Shown here one piece after another: positions 9,621 to 20,060 of a DNA stretch of 64,000 nucleotides; positions within the stretch are counted from its first letter, which is position 1; the number at the start of each line of letters is the position of its first letter. Under the pieces are notes generated by a model. The model made no database searches and was not told the origin of the DNA. It was given only the letters and a program-made list of their open reading frames with translations. Made by a program: the position numbers and the translations under genes. This DNA comes from a virus (Duplodnaviria; Caudoviricetes), in IMG/VR virus record IMGVR_UViG_2508501111_000003, positions 1-64,000 of that record; one strand, written 5' to 3'.

Positions 9621-9921
9621 AATATAGCCTCGCTTTACTTCATGAACGTTTTTTCAAGCAATAGTAATATACTTAATTAGTTAAATTCTTTGGTACTTCC
9701 CAGTATTTTACAACAGATTCTATAATATTTGATAGTGTATATCGGGCGATTTTAATTTTAGGCTTATTAGGAAACAGAACCTCTTCAATAAGCCTCGGCC
9801 TATCGGCAGTAGAGTCAGATTTTCAACTTAGCAGTTCTGATAGCAGGAAAACCTATCTAAAATAGCGGATTAGTAGGTTTCTTTATTAATCTGTGGATAA
9901 TTTCCCTATGGAATTCTCTTT

Positions 9922-10785
9922 CTATTTAAACCATTTATCATAGAGGAAACTTGAAAATAAAGAAATAATTATAGCTATAATTACACCAAATAATATAAAG
10001 TTTTTTATATTTTTCTTTTTGTCATATTTTTTTATGTAATCTCCCTAATAAAAATTATATCTTGGAAAGAAATAATAAAATAATTTAATCAAAGGAAATA
10101 ATCCAAACATCATTATAAATGGTAGTACAAGAATAAATATCAAGCTTGAAGAACCTGTAAAAGGATTATCTATTATTGAAACCTTTTGAGATTCTATAAT
10201 TAATTTACCTAAATCTGTTATTTCTTTATTATTCCATCTATTTTCAACAGCATTAATCTTTTCTCTTCCAGAAGTTATCATTTCATTAAGTAGAATATAA
10301 AAAGATAAAAAAGATATTCCTAAAGCAGAAAATGTAATTGTTGATGATATAGTTTTATCTCTCAGAGGAACTTTTGATTTGATTCTTTTAATTCTTTCTT
10401 CCAATTGTGATGTTGTTATAAATACCCAATCCCTGTCATCACCTTCAATTTGGAATGATATAGAATGATTATTTGGTTCAGATAAGTATTTTGGATTTGA
10501 AAATGACATAAATATTCTATAATTATATGTATAAGATTCATCTTTATCAGTTAAATTTAATCTAATTCTATTTATAAGAGATGAACCATCATTCTTAAAT
10601 GAAAATATTGAATCTATATTTTCTATTTCACTAATAACTCCATTACCAAATAATACTTCTATATAGATTTCCGGATCGTTTGATTTGATTTTTATTTGTT
10701 GTAAACAAATATCAAGTAATCTTCTTAATTCTTGTTCATTTATAAAAAAACCGTTATCATATGATTTATTCAGTTCTGATCTCAT
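9922..10785 (-). pseudogene. AT-rich membrane protein with an in-frame TAG at 10045-10047
   Basis: Frame continues past TAG as GDYIKKYDKKKNIKNFILFGVIIAIIISLFSSFLYDKWFK, a further TM helix. Confidence 0.65.
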
Positions 10786-11023
10786 AAATCAAAGCCTCTG
10801 TCAACTTAATTCAAAGACAACAGGTATATAAGTAATATCCTTTAAGTTAATCCAACGAGTAGGTATAGCAAAGCTGGCATTTTGCAACACCCTTGCTTGG
10901 CTAATTGTCACTAAATTGTCATACTTAATTGAGCTATCTAATGTTAAAATAGAACATGGGTTCTAAAAGAGGGTATACATATGCTTGATGAAGATATCGT
11001 TGCACTAGCAAAATGGTTTGATA

Positions 11024-11425
11024 TTATTCTGACTTCAAGTGATGTTGCGCACGACGCTCACGAACAAGTCGTTGACCTTCAAGAAATGCCAACATACCCT
11101 CAATATCGTCAGGAGTTGCTTTCATCAAGCGCTCAAGACCCTCGTGAAAATCAGGAACAGCTTCAATGAGCGATGCAATCCGTTCAGCAATAGAACGTGA
11201 TGAATCACGAAATCCAAGATCGTAACCTGCCATCTCAACAACTCTCCATAAAGGCAGGGCGAAAGATCTACTAACTTTAACTAAAGTCTCTAAGTCAGGC
11301 TTTTGAGCATCATTAATCAAGTTAGATAGGGCTGTCTTTGATATCCCTGTCTCTTCTTCGGCAACACGTAAACTCCAGTTACGTTGCTTGAGTTGCTGAT
11401 CGACAAAAACGGATAGTTCAGACAT
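11024..11425 (-). CDS. XRE-family HTH prophage repressor
   Basis: LKQRNWSLRVAEEETGISKTALSNLIN...PDLETLVKVS; divergent from early operon. Confidence 0.85.
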   Translation of the reverse strand: MSELSVFVDQQLKQRNWSLRVAEEETGISKTALSNLINDAQKPDLETLVKVSRSFALPLWRVVEMAGYDLGFRDSSRSIAERIASLIEAVPDFHEGLERLMKATPDDIEGMLAFLEGQRLVRERRAQHHLKSE

Positions 11426-11454
11426 ATTTAATAACCCCAATTATTACAAATCGC

Positions 11455-11505
11455 AGTATAAATGATATATACACCGTTGACAATAGTATATACCTTTGAT
11501 ACAAT
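11455..11505. promoter_or_regulatory. Overlapping divergent sigma70-type promoters with candidate operators
   Basis: Plus TTGACA(11477)-17-TACAAT(11500) with TG extension; minus TTGTCA(11483)-17-TATACT(11460); GTATATAC and GATATATAC in the two spacers. Confidence 0.75.
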
Positions 11506-11542
11506 GTCCCCTAGAAAGTACAAACGGTCTTGGAGGTGTCCA

Positions 11543-11746
11543 TTGTCAAATCTTGCACGAACCCTTGTTCATATCCCGAAGGATGACTTGAAGGCAGTAA
11601 CATTAATGGCGAAACAAATGCAAGTTTCTCGTGCCGCTATTATTCGTTGGGCTATCAGTTCATATCTCCAAAAAAATTTATCTAATTGTCCCGAAAAAGG
11701 GACAAATGTACTTAATAAAAACCAATCCGACCAACAAGCAGCTTGA
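11543..11746 (+). CDS. Ribbon-helix-helix (CopG/Arc-like) regulator in Cro position
   Basis: RTLVHIPKDDLKAVTLMAKQMQVSRAAIIRWAI; TTG start 6 nt after GGAGG. Confidence 0.75.
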   Translation: MSNLARTLVHIPKDDLKAVTLMAKQMQVSRAAIIRWAISSYLQKNLSNCPEKGTNVLNKNQSDQQAA

Positions 11747-11773
11747 ATCCAATAAACCCAAGGAGTAATTCCC

Positions 11774-11935
11774 ATGTATATCGTCTATATCGATTCGCCA
11801 CCAAATCGTCCCCGCAAACATTGGGTCGGCGTGAAACGCAAATGCCAATTCCGTTTCCGCATGAGCCTGCGGATGCTGCATGACGTTCGTGAATACACCG
11901 CAGCTCACCATGCAATGTTTCACCAATTAACCTAA
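11774..11935 (+). CDS. Small early phage protein (53 aa)
   Basis: AGGAG SD; MYIVYIDSPPNRPRKHWVG...; fills operon gap. Confidence 0.45.
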   Translation: MYIVYIDSPPNRPRKHWVGVKRKCQFRFRMSLRMLHDVREYTAAHHAMFHQLT

Positions 11936-11969
11936 ATCCCAAACCCAATTCACCTAGGAGCGCACAGCC

Positions 11970-12470
11970 ATGACAGCAACAATCGCCGAACTGCAAAACC
12001 AATTACTAGAAGTCTTGCCCGAATCAGGCCGAACCGACCTCACGACCGAATCGCACGCTGCTGCTGGCGTGCAAGTCTGGATTGAACGTGATGGTGTAGG
12101 CTGGCATGCCTATCTGTCCACGCCCACGATCGAGCACCAATACATCAGCTCACGTTTCATTGAACGCAACCTCGAAAGCCTCAAAGAGCATGCCGTCTTC
12201 TGCGCTGATGAAGCCGTGCTTGACCTGACCCCGAAAGTTCCAGCCGCAGCCAAGCCCGCCAAAAAGACCCGCAAAACCAAAAAGCCGCTTTGTGCCTGCC
12301 CAAGCTGCACGAAGCAGAGCAATGCCAATGGTGTATTTCACTGCCTCAAAGGTAGGGAATACGTGATCTTTGCTGCTGGTCAATGCCTCGGTTATCGCAA
12401 GACCGAGAGCGCCGCCGATACCGTGCTGCGCGAGTATCGCTATGCCCAACTCACCAAAGCAGCCGCATGA
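11970..12470 (+). CDS. Early phage protein with Cys cluster
   Basis: AGGAG SD; CACPSC...HC; operon packing. Confidence 0.6.
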   Translation: MTATIAELQNQLLEVLPESGRTDLTTESHAAAGVQVWIERDGVGWHAYLSTPTIEHQYISSRFIERNLESLKEHAVFCADEAVLDLTPKVPAAAKPAKKTRKTKKPLCACPSCTKQSNANGVFHCLKGREYVIFAAGQCLGYRKTESAADTVLREYRYAQLTKAAA

Positions 12471-12557
12471 ATCACCGGAAGGCTCACGCGGCTGTAAGCC
12501 TCAATTACAGCGCCAGAGGCGTACCTGGCACCGACTTTCAATTGAGTGGAGGCTCCC

Positions 12558-12845
12558 ATGGGCAAAAAGCTCAACCTTGAACCAATCGCCTGTGAATCAT
12601 TTGGTGAGGCTCGCGACAAAGCAGCGCACATCGCCCGCTATAGCCAGTACCGCTACCTCGTTTGGGAACGCGGCGACGACCAATACTACTACGCACTGGC
12701 AACCCCACAAACCGTCAAGCAGATGATGCTTGATGCGGGAACGCAAGGGTTGATGCGAATTTACGATCGCACAGGATTCTTGAGATTGACGTGGTGGGTT
12801 GCGAATAACATCCGTCGCCAATTACTGAGAACCTGGCGTGGGTAA
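12558..12845 (+). CDS. Early phage hypothetical protein
   Basis: GGAGG SD before ATG 12558. Confidence 0.55.
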   Translation: MGKKLNLEPIACESFGEARDKAAHIARYSQYRYLVWERGDDQYYYALATPQTVKQMMLDAGTQGLMRIYDRTGFLRLTWWVANNIRRQLLRTWRG

Positions 12846-13205
12846 CCAACTAAAGGCCTGAGCAGCCCTACCTGCTCACCAGCCGTTGAGCGCGGCGCAC
12901 ACAAAAAAAGCCTGATCGGGAGGCTACCCCAATCAGGCAAACAACCAGTACAGCGAAGGCAACAGCACCTTTAAAAGTTCATACGCAGTCGTGGCATATC
13001 GTGCGCACCCAGCGCAGGATCGCATGCCTCAAGGACACAAGGCTATGGGCGAATACCCCACCTCGGCAGATACGCCGCGTCCTTCCCAGCAGCACCACGA
13101 TCAACGGGCAGGAAATCACGTAGGCCTGCCCACCCTAGCACCCACAGGAGGCGTTATAGACAGATCAATGCGCTGGAACAATCGCTCATCCCAGCGCACT
13201 CATGA

Positions 13206-14185
13206 TTGAGCTATCAATCACCACCAAGACTACACGATGTAATAGAGAGAGACAAGGCAATACTTGATCATTTTCAGCACGAATTGAGTACCAACACCAT
13301 GGCACGAAAATCAATGAGCGGCGCAGCCGAAGACATTGTGGCTGACGCACGCAATCAACTGCGGGAGGCTGATAGCGAATTAGAAACCGCGAAGAAAGTC
13401 AAAGATGAAACTGAGCGCAATCGCCTCATTGCCGAGGCGCAAATCAAAGTCAACCGCGCCGAAGCACGCTTAAGAGAGGCGATGCACCACGGGCGCGAGA
13501 AATGAGGTTCTATGGTTGCCCCCAAAGAATTCACCATGATCCGTGCATACGAACCAGTCACAGTTATTACGGCGACTGGGGTTCAAGTTGGGAATGTTGT
13601 TAGTGCAACTGCCACACAGGTAACCGTTCAAATCAATGGTCAGCGTTATACATTCAGCCGATCGAAGTCATATCGAACCCAGCTTGATCGGCTGGTAATA
13701 GATGAGGTATCACGCTGATGCTTAAATTACCGATTATCGAAACAACCAGCCCAAGCGACATGATCGCCGCAATCAAGCGCCATCGGCATGCTGAGTTGGC
13801 AATCCAACGGCTGAACTACAAGGCGCGGATGAGTGACTTCAATCGCACGCTGAACATGGAACATTACCACGATGCGCAGGCGATCAAGCCTGTTATTGAG
13901 CGTCTTGAGCAGCGTATCATCGAATTGGAGAACTAATCAATGTGGAATGTGATTGGCGAAATCGGGCAAGATACCCTGATCACGATGGGCGTGGGCTTGC
14001 CACTGGCTGAAGCGCTCGATTATCACCACCTCTTGCAGACAATGGCAATCAATGCTGCCGCAACTATGCAGATTCGCCCAAGCTTTGGGCTGATCACCTA
14101 CTGGATCGAGCCAGCAGGCGAAGCGATCATTCTTGATCGTCAGCCGATGCCCGTGTTAACGAATGAAACGGCGCTTGCCCACTAA
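13206..14185 (+). CDS. Four tightly packed small early phage ORFs (13206-13505, 13512-13718, 13718-13936, 13940-14185)
   Basis: Same-strand, 0-6 nt gaps or overlaps; first is coiled-coil rich. Confidence 0.55.
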
Positions 14186-14242
14186 GAGCAGCGCCGTTTC
14201 CGTTTCTTCAAAGCTGAATTAATTATACCACAAAGGGGAATT

Positions 14243-14697
14243 ATGGGATTCTTAGACGTTATCGATGATATTGACGTGCCAACCAGCGAGTTGGTTCCAC
14301 TGCCCAACGTCTATTGGTTCAACAGCCAAGATGGCCGCCCAGCGATGTTCTTTACCAATAACGATTACCTTGCCGATCCACCTAAAGCTCCGTGGAAACC
14401 AAGCGACCATTTCAATGATGGAAAAGCAGCCAGCTTTGTCGATGTCACCACTAAGCCGCTCAATGTCACGGTGATCGGGCTGCGTAAAAGCCCATTTTTG
14501 GAAATCGATACCGCCAATGGGAAGCGCAAACAATTTGCCGCTCAGTGGGAGCCAGGTATGCAGTTGCTGACTGAATCACTGTGCTTTTTCGAAGGCATTG
14601 ACGAGCCAGTTATTTGGAGCATGCGCGGGATGACGGGCAAGCACTTTCAAACCGAGATCGTCAACAAAGCCAAGTCAATCATTCTGAAGCAGGCTCG
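14243..14697 (+). pseudogene. Truncated early/replication-region protein (possibly SSB-like)
   Basis: AAGGGG SD; after KQARQ the DNA switches to tape-measure sequence. Confidence 0.55.
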
Positions 14698-14991
14698 CCA
14701 GGCATTAGCAACATTCCACGCGGCGCGGAGGTGTTTACCGCCGAAGAAACCAAGGGCATGGCCGCTCGCATGGTTGTACCCCAAGGCGGCATGGTCGGCA
14801 CGATGGCCAATGCGTTGCCAACGAATCAACCATCTGCGCCGTCGATCATCAATCAGATCACCATCGATGCGCGACAGGCCACCAATCCGGCAGCCATCAA
14901 AGCCGCCGTTGAAGAAGTCTGGAACAAGAAGATGAAAGATATTTTGGGCAGCGCCACCATCCGGCTCAAAACCAATCCATTTGGCAAATAA
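14698..14991 (+). pseudogene. 3' end of tape measure gene
   Basis: PGISNIPRGAEVFTAEETKGMAARMVVPQGG...KTNPFGK matches end of 45790..49833. Confidence 0.9.
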
Positions 14992-15027
14992 CCAACCAAA
15001 CCCTACCGCCTAAAGGAGGCGGCTTGT

Positions 15028-16401
15028 ATGACCACAATGCAACTTCTGCGCAATGGCAGTGTCGTGATCGACTTCATGCCTAGCGTAAATCCAACCGAAG
15101 GAACCACCTGTTATTGGCTTGTTGATGGCTCGTGGCAGCCGCAGGTTCCCCAACGCGACCGCCGCTTGATCTCCAATGGCGAACAATTAATGCCCAGTGT
15201 GCAATCGTTCGCCGTGAATATCTTTGGGGGAACCAATGAAGATCAGGCGTGGGCCGCCTACCACGCGCTCATGGTCTTGCTCGATGATGCCGAACGCTTC
15301 TATGAGGAAGGCTATAGCAGTGCTGTGGTGTGGCGCACCAAGCCCAGCGACAATACCGTCCATAGCGATATGCTGGTGATGGGCCGCGCTGGCGATACGC
15401 CCATGGTCGGTACATCGCCCACGCTGATTCAAGATAACGATGTCTGGTGGATTCTCAATGTGCCCGTGACGTTTCTCTGCCGCCCGCTGCGCTGCGCAAC
15501 CAGTAGCGTGAGCAGCAGCACCAGTGCCAGCGCCAATATTGCGACGATTCATCAGCCCACTTTCAGTGGCAGCGCCGCACCCATGGAAAGCCCAACCAAC
15601 CTGACCTTGAACGTGGCCGCAGCCACGAATGGGGCAACCATCAATGGCCTGATTGCCGTGGCTCCACGCGGTAAAATGGTCAAATCGGCGGCGTGGTTGT
15701 TTGCGCCCAGTCCCAGCGTGGGCGGCTGGTCACGCCAAATTCAAGCATCCGGCGTGTACGCCTCCGATAATCTGGTCTGTTTCTACAACTTCCCCAGTGT
15801 CACGCCATCCTATTCGCCCAACGGGGTCTTGACCGACATTGGCGCAATGAATTGCCGATCGGTGATTCAATGGGCCATGCTGCGCACGACCGCACCATTT
15901 CTCATTACGCCCGTGGTGCGCAGCAATGGCGCACTGATCGAAGGCCGTGCCACCCTCGTCGATAGTGCTACCCCAATCATTGTGCCACTTGGCCAAACCA
16001 GTTCACCCTACCTGATTAGCGGCCATCAGCTCAAGCTGACCAACCTAACCAACGCCGGAGCGATCTATATCAATGCCATCCTGACCATTGCCGCCGATGC
16101 AGGCGGCTGGAGTGTGATTCCCTTCGCGTCGCTGCCGCTGCCCAGCACGGCCACCACGATCATCGTCGATGCGCGCTATCTGAGCAATCCCGATGCGAGT
16201 TTGACGTGGACGAATGCCGGTGTAACCCAAGCCGTTCCGACCGATAGCAATCCCTTAGTGCTCACGAAGGATCTCCAGCTGGATGTCAACATCTTTGCCG
16301 TGAATGGCAATTCATGGAGTGCCACCGCCGAAGGTTCTGCCAGTGCTCGCACGATGACCGTCCAAGCATCACGCCTCAACAGCGCGATTATCCCACTCTA
16401 G
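15028..16401 (+). CDS. Putative distal tail protein (457 aa)
   Basis: Directly follows tape measure; near-identical to 44329..45705. Confidence 0.65.
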   Translation: MTTMQLLRNGSVVIDFMPSVNPTEGTTCYWLVDGSWQPQVPQRDRRLISNGEQLMPSVQSFAVNIFGGTNEDQAWAAYHALMVLLDDAERFYEEGYSSAVVWRTKPSDNTVHSDMLVMGRAGDTPMVGTSPTLIQDNDVWWILNVPVTFLCRPLRCATSSVSSSTSASANIATIHQPTFSGSAAPMESPTNLTLNVAAATNGATINGLIAVAPRGKMVKSAAWLFAPSPSVGGWSRQIQASGVYASDNLVCFYNFPSVTPSYSPNGVLTDIGAMNCRSVIQWAMLRTTAPFLITPVVRSNGALIEGRATLVDSATPIIVPLGQTSSPYLISGHQLKLTNLTNAGAIYINAILTIAADAGGWSVIPFASLPLPSTATTIIVDARYLSNPDASLTWTNAGVTQAVPTDSNPLVLTKDLQLDVNIFAVNGNSWSATAEGSASARTMTVQASRLNSAIIPL

Positions 16402-16410
16402 GAGGGGTTC

Positions 16411-18090
16411 ATGCAGTACGCAATCTCACTCTATGACCCCTTCACGAACGTGCAACTGGCACGGTTTGATCGCCAGGTCACCGACGCAACCCTGAGCACC
16501 AACGGACTGACCGCCAGTGTGCGACTTGCGCCCTTTATCGCGAAAACCTTGTACGCTCAAGCGCGGCTGTTGACTGCCGTGGTACAGCGCAGCGATGGTA
16601 AAATCCTGCGCTATCGCACCGTCACCCTACGCCTGATTGATCAGGGCTTGGCGCTTGAATGCCATACCCTGATCGTGGCGCTCGATGATCTGGAGTACGA
16701 TGGCTGGTGGTCAGTCACCACGCTGGATGGTTGGTTGCCCGTTGAAACCACTTCGTCCACACCCGAGCGCTGGGAGATGCGCCACGATGATGGCACGATC
16801 AGTTTGTCGCCGCGCAAGAATGAACAATTTAGCAACGCCAAGGGGATTGGTCGTCAGTCGCTCTTCATTCCGGCGAATCTGAACACCACCGGATTCCAAG
16901 TTATCCAATTCGATTGGCGCTCGAAAGGCCCCACCAATTGGCTGGCAACCTTCCTCGCTGCCGAGCGCGATTACAGCAGCCAAACCGGAGCGACCACGAT
17001 TGCCCTGGGTAATGGCACAGCCCAAACCGGATCGCTGTGCTTCACCTTCGCGGCGCGGCCCCTCGTCAGTGTTGCGATGTATTACAACGCCGCCCTCGCC
17101 ACCTATATCGGGGAAACAGGCGATGATTACCTGAAGATCAGCAACCTGCGCGTGGCCACGGTCACCACGAACATGGTCAACACGACCACCAGCGGTGCAA
17201 TTGCCATTGGCACGGCCTTTGTGCCCGTGGCGAGTACCCTCAATATCGCGGTTGGTCAACGCCTGACCATCGAAAGCGGTGGGGTGAATAGCGAGAGTGT
17301 GGTGGTCTTGGCCGTCACCGCAACCCAATTCCAAGCCACCTTTACCAAAACCCACGTCATCGGCAGCACCGTGCGCGGAATTGTGGTCACGGATAAAGAG
17401 ATTGTGGAGGATGTGTTGAGTAAGGCCCTGGCAACCAACCCAACGAGCGGGATCAAGCAGAGCAGTGCGCGGATCAGTAAGAGCAGCCGCGATTGTTTGG
17501 AAGCGGTGTGGTCAGCCGCATCCGGCTTAAGCGTGGTACAGGAGCTGGCTGCGCAGGCGCAATATGTGACGTATGTGGACGATGCGCAATACCTGTACTA
17601 TGGCCCCAAGGAAGTGGGCCGCACGTTCGCCTTGGTCGATGGCTCGATTGAACTGGAGAAAGCGCTGGGTGAGGCGACCAACCAAGTGCGGGTTGGCTAT
17701 AAAAACGCCAGCAACCAACCGCTCTATACCGCCTTCGCGGAACACGCCAGCGAGCGCTATGCCTTGGGCATCGTTCGCCAGCGCACGCTTGCCAGTGAAA
17801 CCACCGATGCAACCGAGGCGGCCACGTTGCGCAGCGTCGCATTGACCGATGCCGCGCCCACCGTTCGCGCCAGTCTGGGCGTGCGAGCCGTGCGCAATGA
17901 CTACAACGTGCGTGAGCCGCTGGATACGCTAACGCGGGGTGATGTGATTACCATTGGCGATTTGTCCGGCGCAATCAACAAACGAAGCTACACGCTGGCT
18001 GAAACCTCGGTTAATTTGGTCACGGGTGAGGTATCCGTAACGCCCGAAGCGCCGATTAAGCAGCTCGATCGGTGGCTGGCGCAGGGCTAA
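16411..18090 (+). CDS. Putative tail tip/Tal-like protein (559 aa)
   Basis: Last gene of virion operon; near-identical to 42640..44319. Confidence 0.65.
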   Translation: MQYAISLYDPFTNVQLARFDRQVTDATLSTNGLTASVRLAPFIAKTLYAQARLLTAVVQRSDGKILRYRTVTLRLIDQGLALECHTLIVALDDLEYDGWWSVTTLDGWLPVETTSSTPERWEMRHDDGTISLSPRKNEQFSNAKGIGRQSLFIPANLNTTGFQVIQFDWRSKGPTNWLATFLAAERDYSSQTGATTIALGNGTAQTGSLCFTFAARPLVSVAMYYNAALATYIGETGDDYLKISNLRVATVTTNMVNTTTSGAIAIGTAFVPVASTLNIAVGQRLTIESGGVNSESVVVLAVTATQFQATFTKTHVIGSTVRGIVVTDKEIVEDVLSKALATNPTSGIKQSSARISKSSRDCLEAVWSAASGLSVVQELAAQAQYVTYVDDAQYLYYGPKEVGRTFALVDGSIELEKALGEATNQVRVGYKNASNQPLYTAFAEHASERYALGIVRQRTLASETTDATEAATLRSVALTDAAPTVRASLGVRAVRNDYNVREPLDTLTRGDVITIGDLSGAINKRSYTLAETSVNLVTGEVSVTPEAPIKQLDRWLAQG

Positions 18091-18094
18091 ATAA

Positions 18095-18135
18095 AACAAG
18101 CGTGCAGGTGGGAACATCCCACCTGCACGCTTGTT
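18095..18135 (+). terminator. Terminator after tail gene
   Basis: AACAAGCGTGCAGGTGGGA-ACA-TCCCACCTGCACGCTTGTT perfect 19-bp stem. Confidence 0.85.
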
Positions 18136-18348
18136 TGTAAAATCCGGCCAAAACTACCACACCTTCAAGAGAAAATGTTTTCTTGGGTTGATTGATGGAG
18201 TGCTTTTTGCTACATCTCTTTTTTGTATAGTACAACCTCGCATATTACTCATGATATAGTAGGCATGGGTTCATTCGATTATATACATCCTGTGCGACAG
18301 GTTTGCCCATATATTCATTCACATCCCCTATGCACTTAAGCATCTAAG

Positions 18349-18735
18349 ATGGATAAGGAATTTCTAGCCATGACTACCCACATTCTCGTGGTTGACGACG
18401 AACCCTCCATACGAGAGTTGTTCGAAGACGTTTTAGGTGATGAAGGGTATGTCGTACACACGGTTGCAACCGGACACCAAGCCTTAGCAGTCTATCAGAC
18501 GATGCCTCTTGACCTTATTTTTATCGATATTATGATGCCTGAGATGGATGGCATAACCCTCTGTCGGCGCATTACCACTATTCCCGGGATGACTCAGCCT
18601 CCCATCATTCTCATGAGTGGAGGGACAACCGTGACCACGATTGATGGCCCGTATCAAGCATTTCTTGCCAAACCGTTTGACTTAACGAATCTTCTTCAGC
18701 TTATCCATACACTACTCAGTTCGGAACAATCATAA
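18349..18735 (+). CDS. Stand-alone response regulator receiver domain
   Basis: LVVDDE, LIFIDIMMPEMDG, IILMSG, FLAKPF. Confidence 0.9.
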   Translation: MDKEFLAMTTHILVVDDEPSIRELFEDVLGDEGYVVHTVATGHQALAVYQTMPLDLIFIDIMMPEMDGITLCRRITTIPGMTQPPIILMSGGTTVTTIDGPYQAFLAKPFDLTNLLQLIHTLLSSEQS

Positions 18736-18966
18736 TGCAACGCAGAGCACCAACCATACAGGAACAGTGGACAAATGTAGATGATTATCCCTCGTATGAA
18801 CCAAACACGCACGCTGGATTGTGGTTCATCCATCACAGGATCAAATACTGAGTCAATGAGTTCGCTTAAACGATCCGCCCAAGAAGAGCTTGTCATTCGT
18901 TGGCGCTATCTGATGTATTGCCGTCTAAAGACCAGTTATTAAGCAACTCGACCCATTGAAACAGTC

Positions 18967-19269
18967 TCATCCATGAGCACCTGCCCGCACTTTCTGATAG
19001 AAGGATAAATATAAATCCACAATCAACTCAAAACCTTCTACAGTTATCGCCCCAGCAAGCGGCTGATTGGCCCCACCACCCATACCGCCATAGAGCGCAA
19101 ACGCTCGGACTAAGGCATGATACTCATCGAGTAAATCCCCTACCACATCACGATTAACGAGGAGTAATTGCGCATAGGCTCCTCGCAAACGGTGCTCGTA
19201 CCGATATCCTAAACAGAGGCTCCGAATACCAGTCCACAGGCGGGCAACTTGATGTTCATAGGTGGGCAT
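18967..19269 (-). CDS. Conserved ~100-aa hypothetical protein (paralogue of 42211..42540)
   Basis: LVRAFALYGGMGG vs LVEAFAVHGGRGG; GFELIVDLYLSFY vs GFDTIAQLYLTLY. Confidence 0.75.
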   Translation of the reverse strand: MPTYEHQVARLWTGIRSLCLGYRYEHRLRGAYAQLLLVNRDVVGDLLDEYHALVRAFALYGGMGGGANQPLAGAITVEGFELIVDLYLSFYQKVRAGAHG

Positions 19270-19440
19270 AGCTCCCTCGCAGTCGATAGATCACCAAATA
19301 ACCGCATTACCCTCAGCCGTTTGGTCAATCCTTATCGGCCTTTCACACCCATAACAAGCAGTATGGTTTCACCATACTTTTACTCTCACGCTCACTCTAC
19401 CCGAGCATGTTCGAAGGCCATTTGAATAGTCCATCATTCT

Positions 19441-19821
19441 TTATACTGCGGCATTGTCGTTGGATACCCGAAGGAGTTGCTGGATCATCAGAAGCAGATG
19501 TCCAAGATCAAAGGGTTTCGCGAGAAAGCTACCCGCGTGGTGATCAAGGTTCAGGGCGAGTTCATTGTGGCCACTCATAACAATGATGGGAATCCCACGC
19601 GTCGCCTCGTTGCTCGCCAACAGTGATCCAATGGTACCGCCATCACCATCAGGGAGGTTGACATCCGTGAGAATTAACTGGGGTATCTGTTGCGCAAAAT
19701 AGGCCATCAATGCACCTACCGAGGTAAGACTGATGACCGCATAGCCTTCATCCGCTAAAAATTCCTCTAAAACGGCAACAATGGAATGATCATCTTCAAC
19801 AATGACAATGGTGGGCTGCAT
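19441..19821 (-). CDS. Stand-alone response regulator receiver domain
   Basis: VIVEDD, LILTDVNLPDGDG, IIVMSG, FLAKPF. Confidence 0.9.
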   Translation of the reverse strand: MQPTIVIVEDDHSIVAVLEEFLADEGYAVISLTSVGALMAYFAQQIPQLILTDVNLPDGDGGTIGSLLASNEATRGIPIIVMSGHNELALNLDHHAGSFLAKPFDLGHLLLMIQQLLRVSNDNAAV

Positions 19822-20060
19822 ACGACCTCATTGGTCTCGATGGTGCATTTAAGAATCTTCTTCGGGTTCTACTATGCCATAGATGTGCTCATGAATCAAG
19901 CACTGTCTAGCTAGAGGTATAGGAATACCACACAAACGCCATGGGTCGAACTGCAAGAGCGGAGCCAACACTCTTTGAAGGGCGCTATCAGTCTAGACAG
20001 AGACGTTCCGTCATGAACCAACCGACGATTATAGGCTATTCCCAAAGGCGCATAGGAGGT

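Larger units (their letters stand above)
14698..18090 (+). repeat. Left arm of ~3.4-kb inverted repeat (partner 42640..46083)
   Basis: Collinear proteins; 13 differences in the first 120 nt of the 559-aa genes, all synonymous. Confidence 0.9.

Noticed and set aside
10981-11169. 62-aa plus-strand ORF
   Set aside because: Mostly antisense to the repressor, with no motif.
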